Assembly (NCBI RefSeq): GCF_006345805.1
Contig: NC_043006.1
Coordinates: forward strand, 91,388,001 to 91,452,000
Length of the DNA stretch: 64,000 bases
Reading direction: 5' to 3'
Source: Octopus sinensis
Lineage: Eukaryota
The notes under the pieces are model-generated. The model was not told where the DNA came from. It saw only the letters and a program-made list of their open reading frames with translations, and made no database searches. The stretch's first letter is position 1; every line of letters begins with the position of its first letter. Shown here piece after piece: positions 25,507-37,720 of the stretch. Made by a program: the position numbers and the translations under genes.

Positions 25507-27831
25507 AGACCCAATACGCAAACACAGAGACACAAGATAGCACCAAACAAGCAGGAGGAACCAAAAGTAATAAAAATTATTAATCTAACTCACAAGGAAC
25601 TAACAGCAAACCAAATAAACATACTTTCCAAAGGACTCAAGTTTACACCCACCCCACAACACACCCAACTACAATGAAATGAAAGAAGACATCGCAGAAT
25701 TCTGCAGAAAATTAAGACTTACTGAGGAGCTATACGATAAATACAACGAGGACGAATCGTTAGCCAGAAATAGGAGTAACTACACCCCCTCGAAAGGTAA
25801 GAATAAAACACTTGATGATTTCTGTGACCACATATCAAATTACCCATATCAACATATGCACAAACAAAAACACAAACCAAACTTCAGCAAAAAAGAATGG
25901 GCTGAGTTGAACAAATTAAAACTAGATAAAACAATAACAATCAAAGAGGCCGATAAAGGGAGTGCTGTTGTCTTAATGGATACGACATTTTACATAACTT
26001 TGGTACTTTCTATGCTGGAAGACACAACATACTATGAAAAGGCACAAAACTACAGTCAACAAAAAATAATGAGGGAACTAAAATCCATATTAAACCCATA
26101 CAAAGCAGGGCTAACCGACAAAGAATATGATTATATGACCAATTTCACAAGTAAAACTAGCCAATTCTACGGTATACCTAAGATCCACAAAAGTGAAAAA
26201 ATAAGCAACGCATGCAAGATAGCTACAGACAAAATAATTAAAGTCCCTAATCCTAATGACCTCAAATTGAGACCCATAATAGCAGGTCCCGCATGCGAAA
26301 CCCACCGCCTCAGTAACTTTTTAGACACCCTGTTAAAACCACTCCTCAAACATGTCAAAAGCTATATAAGGGACGACTTAGATATGCTCAATCACCTACC
26401 GAATACTATAAACAAAAACACCATACTGGTATCCTTCGATGTAGTCAACCTCTACTCCAATATCCCCCACAACCTAGGACTAGAGGCAATCCAATTCTGG
26501 CTAGAGAATCACGCCAACGAACTACCACACCGCATCAAAAAAGAATTTGTGATAGAAGGGGTTAAATTCATCCTGGAAAATAACTTCTTCGCCTTCAATG
26601 ACAACTTCTACCGACAAAAATCGGGGACTGCGATGGGTACACGAATGGCCCCCTCCTTTGCCAACCTAGTCATAGGATACCTAGAGATCAGTCTGTATCG
26701 TAAGGTTCTAGAAAGATATGGCAGCCCTTTCTCCATCTACATAGAAAACAACTGGAAGAGATATCTAGATGACTGTTTCATCCTTTGGCATAAAAATATA
26801 GAAAAACTCATAGAATTCCAGAAAATTTTAAACGGACTGGACGTAAACATCCAATTCACGATGGAATATAGCCAACAACAACTCCCCTTCCTCGATATCC
26901 TCATTAAGAAAGCTAATAATATAATAGAAACAGGCATATACTATAAGCCTACAGACTCTAAGCAATATCTTCCATTCAATTCATGCCACCCCAGACACAC
27001 CAGGATGAATATCCCCTTCAATCTAGCAAAAAGGATATGCACTATAGTCTCTAACGCAAACACCAGAGACACACGACTACAAGAACTAAAAGATACCCTA
27101 ATCACCAGGAACTATCCACCTTCACTTATTGACAAATGCATTCAACGTGCCCTTCAACTTAACATCAAGGAACTGAGACATCCCAAATCAAAGAAAAACT
27201 TACAACCAAAAGCCTTACCATACATCTCCACACACACCCTCTCAATAACGAAGCCTTCGACACCATCCTCCACAACATACCCCTCCTAAAAAAAGACCAC
27301 AGAATGAACACAATCCTCCAAACACACACGATCATAAAAAGCAAAAGACAGCCTAGATCCATGAAAAGTCTCCTTACACAAGCCCGAATTCACTCTTCAA
27401 CACAGAAGCCGACAGTAAAAAAATGTGGAAGACCCAATTGCGGGATATGCGACTATCTAATCGAGGGTTCTGAGTTCTCCTTCAAACAGGGACAACGTTT
27501 TACAGTGAAAAGCAACTTCACATGTGCTTCGGAGAACCTAATATACTCACTAACCTGCTCCGGGTGTCAAGAGCAGTACATAGGCCAAACAAAAAATGGT
27601 TTGCGTAAACGAATGGCCCTGCACAGATCCCAGATAAAAATTCCCCAAAACAGAAAAATAGCTTTTAGCCAACACATAGATACTTGCGCCAACAAAAAAA
27701 CACCAAACTTCAGAATTTTCCCCCTCTACCAATTTAGGGACGATACAACCTCGAGACAACGAATAAGTAAAGAAAATCTCTTTATTACAAAATACAAGCC
27801 ACTTCTTAACGGGTCTACGACAAACAATTAA
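25507..27831 (+). CDS. PLE RT plus GIY-YIG region, unit 1 (frameshifts near 25660 and 27236)
   Basis: ORFs 25679-27289 and 27304-27831: KEADKG, FYGIPKIHK, LRPII, SFDVVNLYSNIP, QKSGTAMG, RYLDDCF, FLDI, CGRPNCGIC, IYSLTCSGCQEQYIGQT. Confidence 0.85.
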
Positions 27832-27954
27832 TATACCTCAACCTTAGAATAAAAGAAAAAAATATATATACACACACAAATACTACACTCAATAGAATCC
27901 ATTACTAATCAGCCCCTTCATAGCTATATTTACATTCATATTCTCCCTTCTCTG

Positions 27955-28202
27955 TTTTTTCTTCTTCTTCTTCTTCCTCTTCTTCTTCATCATCATCGTT
28001 ATCATCATCATCGGCATCATCATCATCGCCACCATCATCACCACCATCTTCTCCTTCTCCTCCTTCTTCTTCTTCTTCTTCTTCTTCTTCTTCTTCATCA
28101 TCATCGTTATCATCATCATCGTCGTCATAATCATCACCACCATCACCATCATCGTCATCTTCTCCTTCTCTTCTTCTTCTTCTTCTTCTTCTTCTTCTTC
28201 TC
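27955..28202. repeat. Compound (CTT)n/(CAT)n repeat inside the PLE 3' UTR
   Basis: Also at about 32358-32598 and 36755-37010, and inverted at 24242-24472. Confidence 0.9.
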
Positions 28203-28548
28203 CACCCCCTACCCCTAAGTTCGTCACTAATGTTTTTTAGTATAACACCTACGCTAATTCTATAAAGAAGCCTGTCAATATAAATATTCTCCTGAATTGA
28301 ACTGAGACTGCCAGCCGCCACTGACCATTCAAAATACGACCATCAGGGCACTCCCAGATTCTCCCACCCCCTTTCCTCACCAGCCTTCTCTCTACTACCC
28401 TACCAAGAGCTCACAACTACCTCGAACACACAAGTGCAAACAAGGGAGTCAGAGAAAGGCAGAATGCCACTTAAATCTGAACACTACTATAGAAATATTC
28501 TTTTAAAAAAACTTTTCTTCTAATTTTTCTAAATTTAATTATTTAATC

Positions 28549-28594
28549 GTTACAGTTGAAAAGGTCTCAAAATGACCGAAACCGGTACTGAAAT
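28549..28594 (+). ncRNA. Minimal type I hammerhead ribozyme, U3-A8 variant, predicted GUA cleavage after 28587
   Basis: Stem I GTT.CAG/CTG.AAT; core TTGAAAA 28556-28562; stem II GGTC/GACC; GAA; palindromic ACCGGT; A17. Confidence 0.8.
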
Positions 28595-28710
28595 GTTCAC
28601 TATAAAATTATTTTAGCATTTTCTATTTTTTACTTGTTTTTTCATATATATCAACTCGTGTGTTCCTTTTCACCCTTATACATATCATTAACCCACACGA
28701 GATACAGAAA

Positions 28711-29944
28711 ATGCCGACAAAAACAGACACAATCACCTCCATAAACGAAGAAATACTGAAAGAACTCAAGAAAATTAACACAAATTTGTCAACTTTTTTG
28801 AACAAATTCGACTCGACACTTCAACCCAATCGAGAGAACAATGAAGAAACAGATACGAAAAATACAACCTCCGAAATTGTCGAAAACCTTGGAAACTTAT
28901 GCGAAACAATTAGAACATTTTTCTCTAACAACGCTAACCAAGGACCTCCAAACGAGTCAATATATGGGATCAATACTCTAACAACATACCAAATGAAACA
29001 CCACATAATACCACAATGGAACAAATCACTCAGAGATAGAAAGTTCGCCTTTTGGAAGATGATCCAAAACAACAACAAAGCGGATATATACGAAAAATGG
29101 CTCAACCGGACCCCGTTAATCCTCCCACGTAAATTCCAGTTCAAAGCTATTACAGAAGAACCTGAAACACAAAGACACCTCAGGGAGAGAATGGCACTGG
29201 AAAAAATGAAAATGGAAATAGAACTTCTGAAATTGAGAGCCCAAACGAATGAGGATAAAATAAAATCCACCGATGAAGATATCAACGAAGAAATTCGCAA
29301 AATGACCCAAGGCCCAGATCAAGAGAAGTTCTCAAAACTATGGAAAGAGGACTGTGAAAAAGAAGAACTAAAATCTCTCCAACGCTGGGAGAAAAGCGCC
29401 ACTTGGTTCTCAGACTATGAAGCCGTCTTTCAAACAGAGCACGCCTCCAACAACCCTTTCCAGAAAATAAGAAAACCAAAACAACACCCAAACACCGATA
29501 CACACCTCTCTAAAAATCGGAACCTTCACTACTATCAAAAAAAATACAGGACCTAACCCTAACTCTGTAAGCAGCCAGCGATACAATATCAGGAATACCC
29601 CCACTTCAAGCAGAGAAAGGATAAATCAACACCCACAGCATAGACACTGCAACCTCATCCCCACCCAAAGGAGTTACCAACGAAATCTTCGTCCCATTAA
29701 CCGGTTAAACAACCATGCACAACAAACCCACACCACTTGCAATGATTACCAAGGAAGGCCTCCTAGAACACCACACCCGAATATGGGATATCGGGATGCT
29801 CTCCTCAATACTGCTCCAAGAACACACACCATAAATCACAACAGGAGACCCCTAATCAACAAAGAACAACTATATACTAGCTACCGTCCCAACCACCGCA
29901 TTCATTTTTTAGACCCAATACGCAAACACAGAGACACAAGATAG
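28711..29944 (+). CDS. PLE upstream ORF or N-terminal region (consensus 411 aa; coiled-coil-like then low-complexity); 2-nt deletion near 29540 in this copy
   Basis: ATG at 28711; the consensus of the three copies reads through to TAG 29942-29944. No recognised domain. Confidence 0.6.
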
Positions 29945-32234
29945 CACCAAACAAGCAGGAGGAACCAAAAGTAATAAAAATTATTAATCTAACTCACAAG
30001 GAACTAACAGCAAACCAAATAAACATACTTTCCAAAGGACTCAAGTTTACACCCACCCCACAACACCCCAACTACAATGAAATGAAAGAAGACATCGCAG
30101 AATTCTGCAGAAAATTAAGACTTACTGAGGAGCTATACGATAAATACAACGAGGACGAATCGTTAGCCAGAAATAGGAGTAACTACACCCCCTCGAAAGG
30201 TAAGAATAAAACACTTGATGATTTCTGTGACCACATATCAAATTACCCATATCAACATATGCACAAACAAAAACACAAACCAAACTTCAGCAAAAAAGAA
30301 TGGGCTGAGTTGAACAAATTAAAACTAGATAAAACAATAACAATCAAAGAGGCCGATAAAGGGAGTGCTGTTGTCTTAATGGATACGACATTTTACATAA
30401 CTTTGGTACTTTCTATGCTGGAAGACACAACATACTATGAAAAGGCACAAAACTACAGTCAACAAAAAATAATGAGGGAACTAAAATCCATATTAAACCC
30501 ATACAAAGCAGGGCTAACCGACAAAGAATATGATTATATGACCAATTTCACAAGTAAAACTAGCCAATTCTACGGTATACCTAAGATCCACAAAAGTGAA
30601 AAAATAAGCAACGCATGCAAGATAGCTACAGACAAAATAATTAAAGTCCCTAATCCTAATGACCTCAAATTGAGACCCATAATAGCAGGTCCCGCATGCG
30701 AAACCCACCGCCTCAGTAACTTTTTAGACACCCTGTTAAAACCACTCCTCAAACATGTCAAAAGCTATATAAGGGACGACTTAGATATGCTCAATCACCT
30801 ACCGAATACTATAAACAAAAACACCATACTGGTATCCTTCGATGTAGTCAACCTCTACTCCAATATCCCCCACAACCTAGGACTAGAGGCAATCCAATTC
30901 TGGCTAGAGAATCACGCCAACGAACTACCACACCGCATCAAAAAAGATTTGTGATAGAAGGGGTTAAATTCATCCTGGAAAATAACTTCTTCGCCTTCAA
31001 TGACAACTTCTACCGACAAAAATCGGGGACTGCGATGGGTACACGAATGGCCCCCTCCTTTGCCAACCTAGTCATAGGATACCTAGAGATCAGTCTGTAT
31101 CGTAAGGTTCTAGAAAGATATGGCAGCCCTTTCTCCATCTACATAGAAAACAACTGGAAGAGATATCTAGATGACTGTTTCATCCTTTGGCATAAAAATA
31201 TAGAAAAACTCATAGAATTCCAGAAAATTTTAAACGGACTGGACGTAAACATCCAATTCACGATGGAATATAGCCAACAACAACTCCCCTTCCTCGATAT
31301 CCTCATTAAGAAAGCTAATAATATAATAGAAACAGACATATACTATAAGCCTACAGACTCTAAGCAATATCTTCCATTCAATTCATGCCACCCCAGACAC
31401 ACCAGGATGAATATCCCCTTCAATCTAGCAAAAAGGATATGCACTATAGTCTCTAACGCAAACACCAGAGACACACGACTACAAGAACTAAAAGATACCC
31501 TAATCACCAGGAACTATCCACCTTCACTTATTGACAAATGCATTCAACGTGCCCTTCAACTTAACATCAAGGAACTGAGACATCCCAAATCAAAGAAAAA
31601 CTTACAACCAAAAGCCTTACCATACATCTCCACACACAACCCTCTCAATAACGAAGCCTTCGACACCATCCTCCACAACATACCCCTCCTAAAAAAAGAC
31701 CACAGAATGAACACAATCCTCCAAACACACACGATCATAAAAAGCAAAAGACAGCCTAGATCCATGAAAAGTCTCCTTACACAAGCCCGAATTCACTCTT
31801 CAACACAGAAGCCGACAGTAAAAAAATGTGGAAGACCCAATTGCGGGATATGCGACTATCTAATCGAGGGTTCTGAGTTCTCCTTCAAACAGGGACAACG
31901 TTTTACAGTGAAAAGCAACTTCACATGTGCTTCGGAGAACCTAATATACTCACTAACCTGCTCCGGGTGTCAAGAGCAGTACATAGGCCAAACAAAAAAT
32001 GGTTTGCGTAAACGAATGGCCCTGCACAGATCCCAGATAAAAATTCCCCAAAACAGAAAAATAGCTTTTAGCCAACACATAGATACTTGCGCCAACAAAA
32101 AAACACCAAACTTCAGAATTTTCCCCCTCTACCAATTTAGGGACGATACAACCTCGAGACAACGAATAAGTAAAGAAAATCTCTTTATTACAAAATACAA
32201 GCCACTTCTTAACGGGTCTACGACAAACAATTAA
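29911..32234 (+). CDS. PLE RT plus GIY-YIG endonuclease, unit 2 (consensus about 774 aa; 1-nt deletion near 30948)
   Basis: IINLTHKELT..NILSKGLKFTPTP N-terminal PLE motif, RT motifs including YLDD, Cys-rich linker CGRPNCGIC, IY..CxxC..YIG with downstream histidines. Confidence 0.9.
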
Positions 32235-32952
32235 TATACCTCAACCTTAGAATAAAAGAAAAAATATATATACACACACAAATACTACACTCAATAGAAT
32301 CCATTACTAATCAGCCCCTTCATAGCTATATTTACATTCATATTCTCCCTTCTCTGTTTTTTTTCTTCTTCTTCTTCTCTTCTTCTTCTTCATCATCATC
32401 GTTATCATCATCATCGGCATCATCATCATCGCCACCATCATCACCACCATCTTCTCCTTCTCCTCCTTCTTCTTCTTCTTCTTCTTCATCATCATCGTTA
32501 TCATCATCATCGTCGTCATAATCATCACCACCATCACCATCATCGTCATCTTCTCCTTCTCCTTCTCCTTCTTCTTCTTCTTCTTCTTCTTCTTCTCCAC
32601 CCCCTACCCCTTAAGTTCGTCACTAATGTTTTTTAGTATAACACCTACGCTAATTCTATAAAGAAGCCTGTCAATATAAATATTCTCCTGAATTGAACTG
32701 AGACTGCCAGCCGCCACTGACCATTCAAAATACGACCATCAGGGCACTCCCAGATTCTCCCACCCCCTTTCCTCACCAGCCTTCTCTCTACTACCCTACT
32801 ACCCTACCAAGAGCTCACAACTACCTCGAACACACAAGTGCAAACAAGGGAGTCAGAGAAAGGCAGAATGCCACTTAAATCTGAACACTACTATAGAAAT
32901 ATTCTTTTAAAAAAACTTTTCTTCTAATTTTTCTAAATTTAATTATTTAATC

Positions 32953-32998
32953 GTTACAGTTGAAAAGGTCTCAAAATGACCGAAACCGGTACTGAAAT
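32953..32998 (+). ncRNA. Minimal type I hammerhead ribozyme, U3-A8 variant (unit 2)
   Basis: Identical to 28549-28594. Confidence 0.8.
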
Positions 32999-33114
32999 GT
33001 TCACTATAAAATTATTTTAGCATTTTCTATTTTTTACTTGTTTTTTCATATATATCAACTCGTGTGTTCCTTTTCACCCTTATACATATCATTAACCCAC
33101 ACGAGATACAGAAA

Positions 33115-34350
33115 ATGCCGACAAAAACAGACACAATCACCTCCATAAACGAAGAAATACTGAAAGAACTCAAGAAAATTAACACAAATTTGTCAACTTT
33201 TTTGAACAAATTCGACTCGACACTTCAACCCAATCGAGAGAACAATGAAGAAACAGATACGAAAAATACAACCTCCGAAATTGTCGAAAACCTTGGAAAC
33301 TTATGCGAAACAATTAGAACATTTTTCTCTAACAACGCTAACCAAGGACCTCCAAACGAGTCAATATATGGGATCAATACTCTAACAACATACCAAATGA
33401 AACACCACATAATACCACAATGGAACAAATCACTCAGAGATAGAAAGTTCGCCTTTTGGAAGATGATCCAAAACAAAAACAAAGCGGATATATACGAAAA
33501 ATGGCTCAACCGGACCCCGTTAATCCTCCCACGTAAATTCCAGTTCAAAGCTATTACAGAAGAACCTGAAACACAAAGACACCTCAGGGAGAGAATGGCA
33601 CTGGAAAAAATGAAAATGGAAATAGAACTTCTGAAATTGAGAGCCCAAACGAATGAGGATAAAATAAAATCCACCGATGAAGATATCAACGAAGAAATTC
33701 GCAAAATGACCCAAGGCCCAGATCAAGAGAAGTTCTCAAAACTATGGAAAGAGGACTGTGAAAAAGAAGAACTAAAATCTCTCCAACGCTGGGAGAAAAG
33801 CGCCACTTGGTTCTCAGACTATGAAGCCGTCTTTCAAACAGAGCACGCCTCCAACAACCCTTTCCAGAAAATAAGAAAACCAAAACAACACCCAAACAAC
33901 CGATACACACCTCTCTAAAAATCGGAACCTTCACTACTATCAAAAAAAGAATACAGGACCTAACCCTAACTCTGTAAGCAGCCAGCGATACAATATCAGG
34001 AATACCCCCACTTCAAGCAGAGAAAGGATAAATCAACACCCACAGCATAGACACTGCAACCTCATCCCCACCCAAAGGAGTTACCAACGAAATCTTCGTC
34101 CCATTAACCGGTTAAACAACCATGCACAACAAACCCACACCACTTGCAATGATTACCAAGGAAGGCCTCCTAGAACACCACACCCGAATATGGGATATCG
34201 GGATGCTCTCCTCAATACTGCTCCAAGAACACACACCATAAATCACAACAGAGACCCCTAATCAACAAAGAACAACTATATACTAGCTACCGTCCCAACC
34301 ACCGCATTCATTTTTTAGACCCAATACGCAAACACAGAGACACAAGATAG
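33115..34350 (+). CDS. PLE upstream ORF region, unit 3 (frameshifted)
   Basis: ORF 33064-33918 plus downstream sequence matching units 1 and 2. Confidence 0.55.
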
Positions 34351-36631
34351 CACCAAACAAGCAGGAGGAACCAAAAGTAATAAAAATTATTAATCTAACT
34401 CACAAGGAACTAACAGCAAACCAAATAAACATACTTTCCAAAGGACTCAAGTTTACACCCACCCCACAACACCCCAACTACAATGAAATGAAAGAAGACA
34501 TCGCAGAATTCTGCAGAAAATTAAGACTTACTGAGGAGCTATACGATAAATACAACGAGGACGAATCGTTAGCCAATCGAAAGGTAAGAATAAAACACTT
34601 GATGATTTCTGTGACCACATATCAAATTACCCATATCAACATATGCACAAACAAAAACACAAACCAAACTTCAGCAAAAAAGAATGGGCTGAGTTGAACA
34701 AATTAAAACTAGATAAAACAATAACAATCAAAGAGGCCGATAAAGGGAGTGCTGTTGTCTTAATGGATACGACATTTTACATAACTTTGGTACTTTCTAT
34801 GCTGGAAGACACAACATACTATGAAAAGGCACAAAACTACAGTCAACAAAAAATAATGAGGGAACTAAAATCCATATTAAACCCATACAAAGCAGGGCTA
34901 ACCGACAAAGAATATGATTATATGACCAATTTCACAAGTAAAACTAGCCAATTCTACGGTATACCTAAGATCCACAAAAGTGAAAAAATAAGCAACGCAT
35001 GCAAGATAGCTACAGACAAAATAATTAAAGTCCCTAATCCTAATGACCTCAAATTGAGACCCATAATAGCAGGTCCCGCATGCGAAACCCACCGCCTCAG
35101 TAACTTTTTAGACACCCTGTTAAAACCACTCCTCAAACATGTCAAAAGCTATATAAGGGACGACTTAGATATGCTCAATCACCTACCGAATACTATAAAC
35201 AAAAACACCATACTGGTATCCTTCGATGTAGTCAACCTCTACTCCAATATCCCCCACAACCTAGGACTAGAGGCAATCCAATTCTGGCTAGAGAATCACG
35301 CCAACGAACTACCACGAACACACACACACCGCATCAAAAAAGAATTTGTGATAGAAGGGGTTAAATTCATCCTGGAAAATAACTTCTTCGCCTTCAATGA
35401 CAACTTCTACCGACAAAAATCGGGGACTGCGATGGGTACACGAATGGCCCCCTCCTTTGCCAACCTAGTCATAGGATACCTAGAGATCAGTCTGTATCGT
35501 AAGGTTCTAGAAAGATATGGCAGCCCTTTCTCCATCTACATAGAAAACAACTGGAAGAGATATCTAGATGACTGTTTCATCCTTTGGCATAAAAATATAG
35601 AAAAACTCATAGAATTCCAGAAAATTTTAAACGGACTGGACGTAAACATCCAATTCACGATGGAATATAGCCAACAACAACTCCCCTTCCTCGATATCCT
35701 CATTAAGAAAGCTAATAATATAATAGAAACAGACATATACTATAAGCCTACAGACTCTAAGCAATATCTTCCATTCAATTCATGCCACCCCAGACACACC
35801 AGGATGAATATCCCCTTCAATCTAGCAAAAAGGATATGCACTATAGTCTCTAACGCAAACACCAGAGACACACGACTACAAGAACTAAAAGATACCCTAA
35901 TCACCAGGAACTATCCACCTTCACTTATTGACAAATGCATTCAACGTGCCCTTCAACTTAACATCAAGGAACTGAGACATCCCAAATCAAAGAAAAACTT
36001 ACAACCAAAAGCCTTACCATACATCTCCACACACAACCCTCTCAATAACGAAGCCTTCGACACCATCCTCCACAACATACCCCTCCTAAAAAAAGACCAC
36101 AGAATGAACACAATCCTCCAAACACACACGATCATAAAAAGCAAAAGACAGCCTAGATCCATGAAAAGTCTCCTTACACAAGCCCGAATTCACTCTTCAA
36201 CACAGAAGCCGACAGTAAAAAAATGTGGAAGACCCAATTGCGGGATATGCGACTATCTAATCGAGGGTTCTGAGTTCTCCTTCAAACAGGGACAACGTTT
36301 TACAGTGAAAAGCAACTTCACATGTGCTTCGGAGAACCTAATATACTCACTAACCTGCTCCGGGTGTCAAGAGCAGTACATAGGCCAAACAAAAAATGGT
36401 TTGCGTAAACGAATGGCCCTGCACAGATCCCAGATAAAAATTCCCCAAAACAGAAAAATAGCTTTTAGCCAACACATAGATACTTGCGCCAACAAAAAAA
36501 CACCAAACTTCAGAATTTTCCCCCTCTACCAATTTAGGGACGATACAACCTCGAGACAACGAATAAGTAAAGAAAATCTCTTTATTACAAAATACAAGCC
36601 ACTTCTTAACGGGTCTACGACAAACAATTAA
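34317..36631 (+). CDS. PLE RT plus GIY-YIG, unit 3 (net 22-nt deletion near 34575; 12-nt in-frame insertion near 35315)
   Basis: ORF 34643-36631 (662 aa) holds all RT and endonuclease motifs uninterrupted. Confidence 0.9.
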
Positions 36632-37356
36632 TATACCTCAACCTTAGAATAAAAGAAAAAAATATATATACACACACAAATACTACACTCAATAGAATCC
36701 ATTACTAATCAGCCCCTTCATAGCTATATTTACATTCATATTCTCCCTTCTCTGTTTTTTCTTCTTCTTCTTCTTCCTCTTCTTCTTCATCATCATCGTT
36801 ATCATCATCATCGGCATCATCATCATCGCCACCATCATCACCACCATCTTCTCCTTCTCCTCCTTCTTCTTCTTCTTCTTCTTCATCATCATCGTTATCA
36901 TCATCATCGTCGTCATAATCATCACCACCATCACCATCATCGTCATCTTCTCCTTCTCCTTCTCCTTCTTCTTCTTCTTCTTCTTCTTCTTCTTCTTCTT
37001 CTTCTTCTCCACCCCCTACCCCTTAAGTTCGTCACTAATGTTTTTTAGTATAACACCTACGCTAATTCTATAAAGAAGCCTGTCAATATAAATATTCTCC
37101 TGAATTGAACTGAGACTGCCAGCCGCCACTGACCATTCAAAATACGACCATCAGGGCACTCCCAGATTCTCCCACCCTCTTTCCTCACCAGCCTTCTCTC
37201 TACTACCCTACCAAGAGCTCACAACTACCTCGAACACACAAGTGCAAACAAGGGAGTCAGAGAAAGGCAGAATGCCACTTAAATCTGAACACTACTATAG
37301 AAATATTCTTTTAAAAAAACTTTTCTTCTAATTTTTCTAAATTTAATTATTTAATC

Positions 37357-37402
37357 GTTACAGTTGAAAAGGTCTCAAAATGACCGAAACCGGTACTGAA
37401 AT
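37357..37402 (+). ncRNA. Minimal type I hammerhead ribozyme, U3-A8 variant (unit 3)
   Basis: Identical to 28549-28594; predicted cleavage after 37395. Confidence 0.8.
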
Positions 37403-37451
37403 GTTCACTATAAAATTATTTTAGCATTTTCTATTTTTTACTTGTTTTTTC

Positions 37452-37503
37452 ATATATATATATATATATATATGTATACATATATATATATATATATTAT
37501 ATA

Positions 37504-37564
<61 letters not shown>

Positions 37565-37630
37565 TATAATATATATATATACATATATATATATATAGAT
37601 ATATATATATATATATATACACATATATAT

Positions 37631-37698
<68 letters not shown>

Positions 37699-37712
37699 TA
37701 TATATATTGTAT
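37452..37712. repeat. (TA)n-rich microsatellite, right flank of the PLE array
   Basis: Direct reading. Confidence 0.95.
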
Positions 37713-37720
37713 GTATATAG

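Larger units (their letters stand above)
24710..28651 (+). mobile_element. PLE unit 1 (5'-truncated; starts at the position equivalent to 29118)
   Basis: Near-identical to units 2 and 3. Confidence 0.9.
28652..33055 (+). mobile_element. PLE unit 2 (full length, 4404 bp)
   Basis: Seamless head-to-tail junctions ...CATATATAT|CAACTCGTG at 28651/28652 and 33055/33056. Confidence 0.9.
23761..37459 (+). mobile_element. Penelope-like retroelement array: inverted 3' segment, 5'-truncated unit and two full 4404-bp units
   Basis: RT and GIY-YIG ORFs repeated three times. The hammerhead motif recurs at 28549, 32953 and 37357 (period 4404). 23761-24712 is the reverse complement of about 27716-28685. 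Confidence 0.95.
33056..37459 (+). mobile_element. PLE unit 3 (full length)
   Basis: Near-identical to unit 2; ends at ...TTTTCATATATAT, merging into (TA)n. Confidence 0.9.

Noticed and set aside
25679-27289. Telomerase or selenoprotein-type (in-frame TGA) interpretation of the RT
   Set aside because: A C-terminal GIY-YIG domain and tandem structure indicate a PLE. The consensus RT-endonuclease frame has no in-frame TGA needing recoding.
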